DNA of 64,000 nucleotides from Corallochytrium limacisporum Hawaii (lineage: Eukaryota; Protista; Pluriformea): contig PDIP01000079.1 in assembly GCA_002811645.1 (NCBI GenBank), forward strand, positions 94,447-158,446, written 5' to 3'. The position numbers were made by a program, and so were the translations under genes. Under the pieces are notes generated by a model that ran no database searches, was not told the DNA's origin, and worked only from the letters and a program-made list of their open reading frames with translations. Shown one piece after another: positions 47,139 through 59,282 of this stretch (position 1 is its first letter; each line of letters starts with the position of its first letter).

Positions 47139-50033
47139 CATCCGTCGTCCCTTCCTCTTCCATGTATGCATTGACCCGAAGAGCCTAGTGGGATGCACAA
47201 ATAAAGGTCCATCCAGACAAGTATCAATCGAAATACTCCGCGTCAATTTTATGGGTTAGTTATCTACTATCTCTCTGCCCACCCATCAATCTTTGTCACC
47301 CCAGCTTTCCACAGAATCTTCTTATTGTTTTACCAGCATCCTGCTTTGTTCAAGGAAGCAAGTCTAATGAGTCTAGTTGTGAAGGATTGAGGAATTTTCT
47401 GACTGGGTCCAGAATGTTGTGGTCCCTCGTACTGGAGCAAAGGACACAATTGAGAAGGCCCCTAAGCAGGAGGGACAAAGGGGTGCCAGCAATTGGCTAA
47501 AATCCCAGCCAGTGATGGCGAGGAACCTGACCGTGTGCGTGCCATCGGTTGCTGTTAGTGAGGAGGATCCCATTGCTATGGAGGAAGGAGAGACCACAAG
47601 GAATGTGTTCGGTTGCTGTATGTCTCTAACATGAACATAGGATGATTTTTAGCGACAACGCTTTGTTTGCAACATGCATCGTACTCAACACGGATGACCA
47701 TTCTTGCAACTAGCAATTGGCCTGGCAACATGCATAATTTTTGTTGATCGTCAGCTCTTCCCTTCTCCTTACGATGCCGTCATTAAACCAGATCGAGCCA
47801 GACTCTGAAAGCTCGCCCTTTTGGATGCTCGTCGGACATGTTCCCTTTGGTCCATCCGAAGCGAAGTCACGGAAATAGTTGTGTAGCACGTTCGCTACAT
47901 GGTGATCCGTTCCAATCTTGTGGGGTATTATGATTTCAAAAGTGCCGCCCTGTCCGCTCGATCGACTCTAATTCGTTGGCCGGTGTCCCCGAATGGTCTA
48001 GGGCAGTGATTACACACATTGGCACATGGCAGAAATCATCAGCAAGGCGATAGGGAAGAAGTAATACACCCAATTGAGTTTCACAAACAAAGATTGTGTC
48101 CAGTTCACCATTTGAGCAAATCATCTCACAGAGAGTATCCAAACTTATACATCTCGCCAGACCATCAAATCAAGCCAACACCGTCCACTGCAAATGAGCC
48201 GTTGACACCATCTAGCCAATTGCCTAAACATCCGAATCAGTAGTCACACCCAACGTGGGTAGATCATCTGAACCCTTTGTCCTCCACTACACAACAGCAC
48301 CGCCTCAAACATATAGATCGCGATCAGAACACCTTGCCGTATGCTGCATGTTCCTCTTTTTATGGACGCGTAACACACGGACGGGCAATCACTTTCGATT
48401 GCAACATTCTAACCGCACAAAAATGAGTGCTCAACATCAGATGCCGCATTACAGGACTGATCTAGGTCAGAGTATTATTCACTGATGCATTGATTCGACA
48501 TGGTCACTCGCCTCCGACCACGATGCATCAATTTACAAAATGCTCGCGTGTTATTGATTATGTATTTATTGATTAAAATTTGATCCCCGGGGGCGTCGCT
48601 GTTTTGCGCAAAACATATGGAGCGGAGGTGGGGGGTGGGGTGTGTTGTCCTCATTCTAAATATGAAGGAGTAAGATTTTCCAAAAAACTGGCTTTGGAAA
48701 TTTCGCAGGCCTAGTGTGCTTGTGTCATTGTCGTCGGGGAATGACAAGGGCCCGAACTATTTTGCTCACTACACACACCATACGGATGCATTGGCTCCCA
48801 ATTTTTTTGCCTTACTTTAGACCCCGCACTCGTTCCCCCCTATCCTCCACACGGGCCAGCAGGTGCACACATTCCGGAAGACGGTGGGAGGACGAGGAGA
48901 GGACAGGAGGCCCGAGTGTTCCACACGGTCTGGGTGAGGGGTGTGTGTGTGTGTGTGTGCAAGTCAGCCCAGCAGTCGCCCTGCCCACTTGGGCACCGCC
49001 CGGGGGGTCACACAGAGGAAAACTCCCCCCCCCTCCCCCTCCCTCTGGAAAAGAATGGGAAAAACGACTGGGTTCACGTACGACGGAAGAAAAAGAGGCC
49101 CCGGAAGGCTTTGTGGGCTGAGCGCCCATACGGGCGGCGCGCCAGAAACCGAATCCGAAAAAGAACCGAAGCGCAGGAAAGAAAAAAAAAAAAACCGCGC
49201 GTTCTGACGGGACCACCGCCCGTGTGTGCGCGCTTTGGGGACAGAGAGAGAGAGAGAGACATCGCTGCGGAAGAGAGAGAGAGAGAGACATCGCTGCGGA
49301 GTAGCGAGGTCAAACTCTCCTTTTCTTCGCCCTTCTTTCTTTGCCAACTCTTCCGTGCCGCTGGTCCCGGCGAGGTGTCCAACACCACATTTGTGGGGGC
49401 TCACGGCTCAGTGGCCTCCTCACTAATTCTCTCACTCAATCTTGGCTTGCTTCCTTCTGTTGTGCTTTTTCTTGTTGAGAATGGGTTGAGGAGAATGTGT
49501 TGCTAAATCAGCGCGCCACCAGAAAATGGTTGTCACTTTAAGCGCACTTGGCTGTGGTCCTGGGCGGTCCCTGGTCGGCCGGCTGATGTAAGGGGCAAAA
49601 ATGGGATGAAGTCGTTCGCACAGAAGCGCGACAAGCCGTTGGTTCCAAAATCTCCAATCGCGGGACTACGAGGCAACATATACACAAGCCACTGCTGTGA
49701 ACCTTTGCCGTCTGGCTGTTATGCCCTGTGAGTATATCGGAGTGGGACGTTGCGAGCGTCTGTTTCATGTTGTAAGAATGCCTACAGCATGCGATACGAG
49801 TGCGTGGGTGCGGCGCTAGGCAAGCGTGTATGGACGGTTTATATTCGGTGTTGCAGTCATGATATTTGAAGCAAATTGGTAATACCAATAGGGATCTCAC
49901 AGTCACTAAACTATGGGAAACAATCGACAACGGCTAAAGTTTCAATTGCCACGACACTAGTATGCTGTGTGGCATGGTCTAAGGAAAGAGGCAACGGGAA
50001 ACAAAGATTCCAGTTCCCGATAGTTCGATCAAT

Positions 50034-52658
50034 ATGGAGCTTGAAGGCATTTTGAAGAATGCTTTGTCTCCGGACCCCAATGCTCGTGCACAGTCGCTGC
50101 AACAATTGGAGCAAGCGGAGCAGCAATTTTTCCAACAGTTCGTCGTTGCATTGGCAGATCTGTTGGCGGATGAGAGCAAAGGGGATGACACGAGGAGACT
50201 TGCTGGTCTGAGACTAAAGAATACTTTGACCTCTCGTAATGAGGGAATCCGGTCGTCAATGTTCAATCGCTGGCGCAGCATTGAAATTGGTACTCGGCAA
50301 ACCTTGCATGGGACGTTCTTGAGGACACTGGAGTCTCCCAAACCATCCATCGCGCCTATCATTGCTCAGGTTATTTCAAAGGTAGCTTCTGCAGAGTTAA
50401 TGCATGGAGAGTGGCCGGAGCTCATCCATAGTTTACTCAGGAACGTGACAAAGTCCGATCCTAGTATTCCTCTCAAACTCTCCACACTTGAAACCATTGG
50501 CTATGTCTGCGAAGAGGTGCACCCCAGTGTTTTGGCAGCACAATCTAATGAGATTCTCACTGCTGTGGTGCACTGCATGAAGAAAACGGAGCCTTCTGAG
50601 GAGGTACGGGTTACTGCCACGAAGACTCTCAGCAATGCCGTACCCTTTATTCGGGCCAATTTCGAAAGTGAACCGGAAAGGAACTATATCATGCAGATTC
50701 TCTGCGAGAACATGGTAAGCAACATTGTGCCGCTAGTTAAATCAGGCCTAGTCTGCCTGGTGCAGATCGCAGAGCACTACTATGAATATTTGCAGTCTTA
50801 CATGATGGCCCTTTTCCATATCACTACACAATGCCTGAAGAGCAACAATGATGATATTTCCATGCTTGCTTTGGACTTCTGGGACTCAATTTCAACCCAG
50901 GAAAAGGAACTGGAATGTGACAGAATTGAAGCAGAGGAAAGGGGGGAAGCACCCGACACTGTGTCCATGCACTACTGCAGAGGTGCTCTCCCGCAGCTGG
51001 TACCTTTGATCCTTCAGAAGATGACCCTCCAGACGGATGACGTTGAAGATTCTGGACTTAGCATTTCACAGGCTGCTGGCGTGTCACTGAATTTCCTTGC
51101 TGAAACCTGTGAGGATTCGGTTGTCGAGCATGTGATGCCGTTTGTGCGGGATCACATTCAGCACGGCGATTGGCACTATCGGGAAGCAGCCGTGATGGCC
51201 TTTGCCAGCATTTTGGAAGGGCCCAGTATGAAGGTCCTCGACCAACAGGTCCGTGGTGCTCTTCCAGTCATCGCTCAGTTGTTGGGAGACGAAAACGTGC
51301 AAGTGCGGGACTCTGCTGCATGGGCTGTGGGCAAGATATGCGAACAGTATCCAGACGTGTGTCTTCCGGATGAGGTATTTCCTCATCTCATACAAGCTCT
51401 GGCCCCCAATCTGGAATCCGCGCCCAGAGTTGCGGTCAATGTTTGCTGGGCCATTTCGACCCTGTCTGAGGCTGCCTATGAGCAGGCACAGGAGACCCAG
51501 GACAAGGAAATCCCCAACACGTACAAGTTATCTCAGTACTACAAGGACTTGGTGCACAAACTAGTCGCCGTAACCGATCGCCAAGATGCCGACGAGAGCC
51601 ACCTTCGGACTTCTGCATATGATGCCCTCATGGTCCTCATTCAGACTTCTCCGGAGGACTGCTACATGGTCGTTAAGGACATTGCAATGGAAATAATTCA
51701 CCGTCTCCTTGCTGTGGCTGAGATGGATGCCAAGGCTACTAACCAGGATGACAAGCGCCGCATTACACAGATTGTTGGTCTGTTGTGCGGCAATGTCCAA
51801 GCTATGTCGAAACGACTGGTCAAAGCCGATCTTAAGATGGTTGCAGACGCCATCATGAAGGCTGCTTTCCAGCTGCTGGAAACTGCGCAGACCCGCTATG
51901 GTACCGTCCACGAGGATGCCCTGTTGGCCGTAAACATTGTAATGGAGAGACTGGAGGAAGACTTTGCCCCATATCTGGAGCGGTTCCTGCCTTACCTACT
52001 GACCGGGCTTAGGAACATTGAAGAAGCAGAAGTCTGTCATATTTGCGTCGGCATCGTGGGTGACCTGGCTCTTTCTCTCGGCGGCAAGGTTCTGGCCTAC
52101 AACACATTTGATGTCTTCATGGAGGTCCTTGTAGAGAATCTGCGGAACGACAGGCTGGATGACAGTGTCAAGCCCTCCATTCTTTCCGCCTTTGGTGACG
52201 TGGCCCTTGCCTTTGGCCCTCAGTTTCAGCGGTACCTGGGCATTGTTATGGATGTGCTCGCGAGTGCATCGCAGTATTCTGTCGAGACTGATGATTATGA
52301 TAAGTTGGAGTGGATCTACCAACTCCGGGACAATTGTTTAACTGCCTACCAAATGATTGTCCAGGGTCTTGGAACAGAGGGTATATCTGGATTCAATCCC
52401 GCATACACTGTGCATATGCTGGACTTCATTGTCCGAGTAGCCCGGGACCGTGAATCACCAGAGACTGTCCTGTCTAAGGCAGCGGGTCTGTTGGGTGATA
52501 TTGCGCACGTCTTCAAACAGCAGGCAACTCCTTTGCTGAAGGAGCGTGAAGCAGACCTGCTTCATCTCTTGCAGCGCTGCGAGCGAACAAAGACTGCAAA
52601 AACGCGAGACACTGCACGCTGGGCTCACCAGATGGTTACGAAGGCAGCTGCTGCTTGA
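50034..52658 (+). CDS. KPNB1: Importin subunit beta-1 (karyopherin beta 1)
   Basis: IBN_N domain (RRLAGLRLKNTL), WPELI, LETIGYVCE, SNEILTAVV, DWHYREAAVMAF, VKPSILSAFGDVALA; HEAT repeats, 874 aa. Confidence 0.98.
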   Translation: MELEGILKNALSPDPNARAQSLQQLEQAEQQFFQQFVVALADLLADESKGDDTRRLAGLRLKNTLTSRNEGIRSSMFNRWRSIEIGTRQTLHGTFLRTLESPKPSIAPIIAQVISKVASAELMHGEWPELIHSLLRNVTKSDPSIPLKLSTLETIGYVCEEVHPSVLAAQSNEILTAVVHCMKKTEPSEEVRVTATKTLSNAVPFIRANFESEPERNYIMQILCENMVSNIVPLVKSGLVCLVQIAEHYYEYLQSYMMALFHITTQCLKSNNDDISMLALDFWDSISTQEKELECDRIEAEERGEAPDTVSMHYCRGALPQLVPLILQKMTLQTDDVEDSGLSISQAAGVSLNFLAETCEDSVVEHVMPFVRDHIQHGDWHYREAAVMAFASILEGPSMKVLDQQVRGALPVIAQLLGDENVQVRDSAAWAVGKICEQYPDVCLPDEVFPHLIQALAPNLESAPRVAVNVCWAISTLSEAAYEQAQETQDKEIPNTYKLSQYYKDLVHKLVAVTDRQDADESHLRTSAYDALMVLIQTSPEDCYMVVKDIAMEIIHRLLAVAEMDAKATNQDDKRRITQIVGLLCGNVQAMSKRLVKADLKMVADAIMKAAFQLLETAQTRYGTVHEDALLAVNIVMERLEEDFAPYLERFLPYLLTGLRNIEEAEVCHICVGIVGDLALSLGGKVLAYNTFDVFMEVLVENLRNDRLDDSVKPSILSAFGDVALAFGPQFQRYLGIVMDVLASASQYSVETDDYDKLEWIYQLRDNCLTAYQMIVQGLGTEGISGFNPAYTVHMLDFIVRVARDRESPETVLSKAAGLLGDIAHVFKQQATPLLKEREADLLHLLQRCERTKTAKTRDTARWAHQMVTKAAAA

Positions 52659-52812
52659 GCACAAGACGTGAAAGAATGGCATTCACAATGAAACATAAAC
52701 TAGTAGATTTCATCCTTTATCGCTTGTAGCAATTATCGTATTGGTCTTGGGTCCATCTTCTGGTGCAAACGCCCATCCTCGTGTGCCTTCCAACACCCCA
52801 GCAGGATAGGAC

Positions 52813-53919
52813 CTACTTTAACGACGTGTTGTAACTACCGCACTCTTCGCATTCCACATCTTCGTACTCCAGTGTATCAGAGTCTCTTTCGGTGCGAATT
52901 GTTTCATGGTGGCAGTCGTTGCAACTCCATGTCAATTTCCTGAGGCTGTTCGGCGGTCGGACTCCATTCCCATCAAGTTGGGCTTCTACCGTACGCGAGC
53001 TTGAAGCAACAACAGTTGCAGCCTCCTCTCCGTTACCCTCCATTTCCTCTCGGCTGCGCTTCTTTGCTTGCCTTGCATCCCTTTCCTGTCTCCGCTGACG
53101 AAGCGCCTCGAACTCCAGGCCGCGATTCACTCCACTTCGTCGGCAGATTGGACAGACCAAGTTGGCTGCTTGGAATGAAGCATCTCTGCAATGCAAATGC
53201 AGAACATGGCCGCAGGCCAAAAAGCTGAGAGGCTCACCACAGTCCAGTAGATGCTCCAGACAAGCAGCACATTCATCGTTATCAGATCGCAATCGTTGTA
53301 AGCTTTCGCAGGGATGACTTTCCTTGCGATAAATGTGAATGCATTGCCTGCATTTGTTGCAATGAAAAGCGGCATCCTCCCGTCCCCGCTTGCATTTCCC
53401 GCAGTCCTTACAGTGGAATACAGGAGCTGCACTATATACTTTGCATTTCAAACATACGTTGTCAGCCAAGCGTCTATCGCAATGCCTGCAGACCTCAGTG
53501 ATTCCATTTGGGCGCCCACAAAAGCCGCAGAAGACTTCCTTCACGGTTGACATATTCAAATGGTGTTCCAATTCACGATCGTGGCACCATCGGCAAGGAA
53601 TTGGTTCTTTACAACATGGGGCGATGTATGCAACAAACTTCTCCTTGGGGTGATGGATGCACGGAGGGAAGCTCTGACGGGGACCAAACCGCTTCATCCT
53701 TTTTCGTTTCGGTGATCCTGGCGTTTGCGGGACTTTGCCTCCACGTGCCCGGAGGAGGGCTTGAACACCCTCAAGTTCAGAAATAAATCTGAGCACGACC
53801 TGCCGTGGGCCCAAAGACTCGCCATCTGGCCCCATCTGCAGAGATGACACACCTCGTCGTCCGGTCTCGGAAATGGTCTCCGATATGCCAGTCGAATGAG
53901 TCTGAACCTCCTTTCTCAT
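52813..53919 (-). CDS. RCHY1: Pirh2/RCHY1-like CHY-RING-zinc ribbon E3 ligase
   Basis: CHY finger (APCC...PCRWCHD), CTCHY (FHCKDCGKC...FHCNKC), RING-H2 (CAACLE...CGHVLHLHC...CPIC), zinc ribbon (CNDC...CEECGSYNT). Confidence 0.92.
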   Translation of the reverse strand: MRKEVQTHSTGISETISETGRRGVSSLQMGPDGESLGPRQVVLRFISELEGVQALLRARGGKVPQTPGSPKRKRMKRFGPRQSFPPCIHHPKEKFVAYIAPCCKEPIPCRWCHDRELEHHLNMSTVKEVFCGFCGRPNGITEVCRHCDRRLADNVCLKCKVYSAAPVFHCKDCGKCKRGREDAAFHCNKCRQCIHIYRKESHPCESLQRLRSDNDECAACLEHLLDCGEPLSFLACGHVLHLHCRDASFQAANLVCPICRRSGVNRGLEFEALRQRRQERDARQAKKRSREEMEGNGEEAATVVASSSRTVEAQLDGNGVRPPNSLRKLTWSCNDCHHETIRTERDSDTLEYEDVECEECGSYNTSLK

Positions 53920-54438
53920 TTTCTTTATCCGATGCTGTCATACCAGCAAACTAGGCTACTGGCGGAACCATCCTTGAGGACCTGGTCGTTCCTCACCCTT
54001 TCGGAACATTATGAACCGCAGTGATCACGACGTCGAATTCGTTTATCGATACCCATGAAACACAATGTACATGACTTTCCTTTCTTTGTTTTGATAGCTG
54101 ATTACGGAACAAGACCACGGTGCTCATCAGAACCGTGTCCGCCCTGCATAAACATACCCTGGCGAATTCTCAGCGGATGATTGCGCCGTTGAAGATCTTC
54201 CCATAAACCTATCGTCTGACAAAGCCAGTCTCTTCAACAGCGCACAACCCTTCCCCGTTTCCACGCCCTCCTCACCTCGTCTTAAACACTCCCTGAATAT
54301 TATTGATTGATTGGAACAGAATGAAGTATGGTGTATATTAATCAATATATAAAAGTTACCTAGTGTGGGTGCTGGACACCTACTCCGCATTGCGCTGGCA
54401 GTAGAAGAATGAGCATTTGCACCCTCCATGTGTCAGCT

Positions 54439-54464
54439 CCCCCCCCCCCCGGGGGGGGGGGGGG
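54439..54464. repeat. C12-G14 homopolymer palindrome
   Basis: Read directly from the sequence. Confidence 0.9.
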
Positions 54465-54827
54465 CGGGTGCCCTGGTCCTTTAGTTTGAATCGGCAAATT
54501 TCAGGGAATTCTATTCCATACATTGGGTACTGGATTCCTCTCGAGATCGCGAATTCCTTGCGCACGGAATGTGCTCGGACGGGAACTTCGACGTTGCCGT
54601 CCGGACTAATGTGTGTGGGAGCGGAAGCGCAGCTCACAGGCGAGGGCGCAACGGACACAACCCCAGGGACGCAATTAAAGCGCCGCTACATGTCCCAAGG
54701 GTGATGAATTTCCTAATGCTATGTGTTCTATCTATGTACAGAGCAAGATACAGTATGGTTTGTGATTTGTCAGCGAGTAAGTCATCTCCAGAAGCACACG
54801 ATTAAATGAGGTGCGAGTTTCACAGCA

Positions 54828-57074
54828 TCATACCTTACGCACTGGAGTACTCATGGTATTGTCGTCATCGTCATGATGGTCAATGATGATGGTGTGGTCT
54901 CGTGGACTTGCACCGGGAGTGATACGTGGAGTGGCATTACTGCTGCTTCCGCTTACGCTCAAACCTCGTTTGTCAAGGAAATTGATGGCTGATTCGATAG
55001 TTGGGAAGATGAACTCTTCTCCAACTTCCTCCAGAAGACCACTCTTTTGGAAAACAGTAATGCTCGCCTGCGGAATCCGGGTAAAGCACACTATGACGTC
55101 CTTTTGGTGGTAGGATCGCACAATGTCGAGCAAAATGGAGGCGCCGGATATGTCCAGATACGGAACCTTCTTCACGTCAAAGACAGCGTACTCGATGCTC
55201 GGAATGGTTGCCTTCTCACTCGGATGTGTCTCCATGTTTCCGTACCGTTCCAGGCGGCCAATCCAGTCTCGCAGTTGGCTGGTGTTCCAAAAGTACAGGG
55301 CCTCATCGAGACGAATAAGTAGCACTCCTTGTAGAGGCTCAACATCTTCCCAGTCTGTGATTGGTTTCAAGGCTCCCGTCTGACGGTTTCGACCGATCAT
55401 CCGCATCTTAGGAAGGGTTGTATGCTTGAGAATCAGCAACAGGGACACCGTTACTCCGATGATAATACCGAGTTTTACTCCCAAACACAGAGTCGTAATG
55501 CAAACAGCCAGGTTTTGCGCAAATGAAGGAAAATCACGCATATGAATACTGTACAGAAGTTCGTGTGACTCAAACATTGCAATCGCAGCACTGACAACAA
55601 TGGCGGCCATGGTTGCCGTGGGCAAGTAAGTAAACAGGGGAAGAAGAGATTTCAGAATGACAGCAACCATTCCCGTCATGAATGCACTCACAAGCATGCT
55701 ACGACCTCCAGCAGCGTCCATTAAAGTTGCCCTTGGCATGGAGCCGTAAGCCGGAATGGCTCCGAAGAAAGACCCGAGAATGTTAGCAATCCCTAAACCA
55801 ACTAGCTCACGATTAGGGCTCATGGCTCGGTTACGTCGTCGAGCATACAGTTTCGCCACAGCCAAAGACTCGGCAATGCCGATGAGCGTAATAGAGGACG
55901 CCAAACCCAAGCAGGCGCTTACATCTGCCTTTGGCAATGTAACACTGGGGAAGTGCGCGTCGACTTGGCCGAGAACCGGCAATTCGTACCTCTCCACTGC
56001 ATTAGTTGACCACGCGACTAAACAGCCCAAGAAGCATACCACCGCGGGCATGGGAATCAACTGCAGGTGTGGGTTCTGTCCATTTTTGGTGTACACTGAC
56101 TTGATTGCACGCCACCCTGTCATGATTGCTAAACTTCCCAGCCCGTACATTGTGACTGCCCAATCAAGAGTGTCGATATTACGGACGTAGATCCAAATCT
56201 TCTCCACTGTGCTGGCATCGATTGGTTCTGCAATGGCAAGACCAAACAGCGGCCGAAACTGTTCTGTGAGCAAGGTAATTGCGGCTGCATTGGCGAAACC
56301 AGCGATCAGTGGCGGACTAAATACCACATCAAGATAGCCCATGCGAACAAAGCCTAAGAGGAAACACATGACTCCACTGAGCAGCGTGATCATAGCGATG
56401 TCACCACTGATCTCTGGCCCTTCCGCCACAATATCATTGCCAGATGGTGCAAGGCCTGCCTGCAGACCCCCTGGACTGAGTGCAACAGGTGGGGCACCAA
56501 ATGATCCGCCGGCAACACCATAAATGGAGCCTTCCAGGACATTTTGTGCAATCTCCCGACGGTAGGCATCTACCAACTCCGTCCCGAGCAAAATACTGAT
56601 CAGAGCTTCCGGTCCGATTACAATGTGTGGTGATGTCCCCATTAATGTATAGCCAAAAAGTGGCACAAGGCATGAATAGATACCCACCACAGGGCGCAAG
56701 TGTGCCAAATGGGCATAGGCTAAGCATTGCGGAATGAGCATGCACACGGTGGCGAGAGCCGCTACAAAATCGTACGGCATGGTCTCGGGCCTTACCTTGG
56801 TAATCCAGCTGAATAGTGGCAGGTAATACCGGACACGTTTCCGTACCGTAGACCACTTTCCCTTTTTCTTGACCGCAAACGTATCCTCAATGCCGCGATC
56901 TATGCTAGTTCTGTAGTTGAGCGGATCGTTGTTTTCATTGTCACTCGAGTTGGCAGATCCCTCAGTAGTAAAACTGTGATGAGGCGAACGGTCCCAAATA
57001 ATATTCGTTCCTAGGACGGACCCGAACGCGGACAGCAGTGGCTGCCGCTCTTGAGCGTTTGATGTTGATCCCAT
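54828..57074 (-). CDS. SulP/SLC26 anion transporter with STAS domain (YPR003C-like)
   Basis: YYLPLFSW, PQCLAYAHLA, GTSPHIVIGPE, PNRELVGLGIAN, STAS domain IRLDEALYFWN...RLERYG...YLDISG. Confidence 0.95.
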   Translation of the reverse strand: MGSTSNAQERQPLLSAFGSVLGTNIIWDRSPHHSFTTEGSANSSDNENNDPLNYRTSIDRGIEDTFAVKKKGKWSTVRKRVRYYLPLFSWITKVRPETMPYDFVAALATVCMLIPQCLAYAHLAHLRPVVGIYSCLVPLFGYTLMGTSPHIVIGPEALISILLGTELVDAYRREIAQNVLEGSIYGVAGGSFGAPPVALSPGGLQAGLAPSGNDIVAEGPEISGDIAMITLLSGVMCFLLGFVRMGYLDVVFSPPLIAGFANAAAITLLTEQFRPLFGLAIAEPIDASTVEKIWIYVRNIDTLDWAVTMYGLGSLAIMTGWRAIKSVYTKNGQNPHLQLIPMPAVVCFLGCLVAWSTNAVERYELPVLGQVDAHFPSVTLPKADVSACLGLASSITLIGIAESLAVAKLYARRRNRAMSPNRELVGLGIANILGSFFGAIPAYGSMPRATLMDAAGGRSMLVSAFMTGMVAVILKSLLPLFTYLPTATMAAIVVSAAIAMFESHELLYSIHMRDFPSFAQNLAVCITTLCLGVKLGIIIGVTVSLLLILKHTTLPKMRMIGRNRQTGALKPITDWEDVEPLQGVLLIRLDEALYFWNTSQLRDWIGRLERYGNMETHPSEKATIPSIEYAVFDVKKVPYLDISGASILLDIVRSYHQKDVIVCFTRIPQASITVFQKSGLLEEVGEEFIFPTIESAINFLDKRGLSVSGSSSNATPRITPGASPRDHTIIIDHHDDDDNTMSTPVRKV

Positions 57075-59282
57075 TATATTTCTCCTCCTCAGTTCATTTT
57101 GGGATCACATGGGTGCGCCACGTCTACCTCTCTACCGTCCTTAGAGAAGTGGTTTGTGTCCTCCACTTGAAATAACTTCTCAACATTGTGCTGTGACTTA
57201 GGAAGAAGCAGACTCATGCAACGCTGCATGCACGTGTGTAGCGTGATGCCTGAACCTGAGCGAACAGCGATTGAGCTGTTTGGTAGTGAAACAGAAAGAT
57301 TCGTCGCCCATCGATAATGGCGTGGACAGGATGGTGACGACGGGTCTTGGTGACAAATTGAATATCTATACAAATTGTATGCTACATTTCATCGAGATTG
57401 CCACAACTTTACTATCTTCAGTATCGGCTTGGCGCCAGTGAAATGGTGCGGTCGTCTTCCGAGGGTGCGTTCTTAGGCCAGTCGTACGCGGCGGGATTCA
57501 GTGACTTCAACCGTGGTTGGTACCAACCACTGCGCTGCAGAGTCCGAATGAGTGTGGCAGTGGGAGTGGGTGTGTGTCCCACTGGACAGTCCCGCAAGAA
57601 AACCCAACCCACCCCTCCCCCCAATCCTCGATGGAGGCGAGTAAGGCACTTCTCACCACCAAACAAAGGGGGCAAAAAGTGACCTAAATTTTCACACGGA
57701 CGAGTCCCAAAGCAGGTACCGGGACGGAAAACGACTCTTGTCCCGAACCAAACAATCCCCCCCCCCCCCCTCCCCGGGGGGGAAGGGATCAACAATCTAC
57801 AGCTCACATCGGTCGGTGATCTATCCAGCCCCTCTTCCACACCATTCAATCCCTCACTTTCTGTATATTGTGCGGGAGTACGGGGAAGGGGGGTTTTGCA
57901 GACGAACGGATCCGGAAGTGGGCAGGTGTACCCCGGTGGCGTTTGGCACTGTAGCAAAATTACAGGGGGGGGGGGGGAATGCAGAACTGAGGAGGAGAGG
58001 GGAAAACATCCCCCGGTGAAAAAAGAAAGGGGGGAAGGGAAGGGGAACAAAAGGCCGTCCGTCTAAAAAAAGCCAGTCCAGGCCTCCAGCGTTTGATTCT
58101 GCGCACAATCACTACCAGGTGGTACTGATTTTCTCTTTGACGCTCCCTTTCTTTGGGGGCCCCTTGTGATCAGTAGTGGGTATCGGAGGAACACAGCCGG
58201 GGACAAGCACGACATACACAGCAAGCAGCCACGTCTTGTAAGTTCTCCCCAGCTTCACTTTCAGTTGCAACATGGGCAGGGGGTTCCAGCAGTAGTGTTC
58301 GCTTATCGCTGAATGGGGCTTTGTTTGTGTCTGTGTTAAAAAACAATAGCCAAGTGCTTTTTCCCAAATGTCATAGCAAATTTGTGCAGTGGCGGTAAGA
58401 TAGTAGTCAATAGTTAAACGTTCTGCTATGGGAGTTGCTCAAACCCAATTGCATTGGCCATAGATGGCGAACGGTTCGCAAATGACGACATTCTCTAGCT
58501 ACATAAGAAACATGAAAGACACGTGCTACCGCCAACAGCGTTTCTTGCGGCTAGAAGCGTAGAGTTCACAGTCCTCCGAACAAGAGGAGGAGCAAACGAA
58601 GCGGGCAATAGAAAAATTCAGAGAAAAATTGCAGAATAAGCGCGTTTGCAACACCGGAGCGCGGATTTAGAAATATGGACTGTAAACCTGTGGGTGAGGT
58701 AGAGCACCCAGAACTATGAGATCAACCCAGGTGCAATGTACCTAGTCATCCAAGGGCCCTGCAGATTCACATGTGCTCCATTAGGATTGAGAACCTGTGT
58801 ATGCGACGAAGGCGAGAGGGGTAGATGTCCCTTCATGTCCGACACGAAGATCCGCTACTTTTGGATGGCGGTCTTGGAGAAGGACTGTCATTTGTCGAAT
58901 ATCATGCCCACCGCCCTATATTTTGTGCTGCATTGAACAAACCTCACAAAACCAGTTTTACATCAGTTGCTTAACCCAAATCTAATTGTTAAATCGAGGG
59001 GAAAGAGGTCCAAAGGCCTCTGTGCACTGCGCAAACTTCCCAACTGACGGCAGGGACTTTGCAGCGATGCCATCAGAAATGTTTGGAGGGCTAGCAATTT
59101 ACTCTGTTATGACTGCTTGCATCGTTAGTGTCAAAATGACATTCTGTTCCTGAATTGTGTTTAGTGGTATGTGGCTCATTCGGCAACTAACGGGTATAAG
59201 AACCACGATGATCAGCCTTGCAGTGCTCATTTCCGAGTGCCATTAGGCTTGCTGAAGTAACTCTGTATCGGTGCTGGCAGTC

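Noticed and set aside
58840-58890. EDPLLLDGGLGEGL, resembling the homocysteine methyltransferase N-terminal motif
   Set aside because: Isolated short motif with no further family features in any frame.
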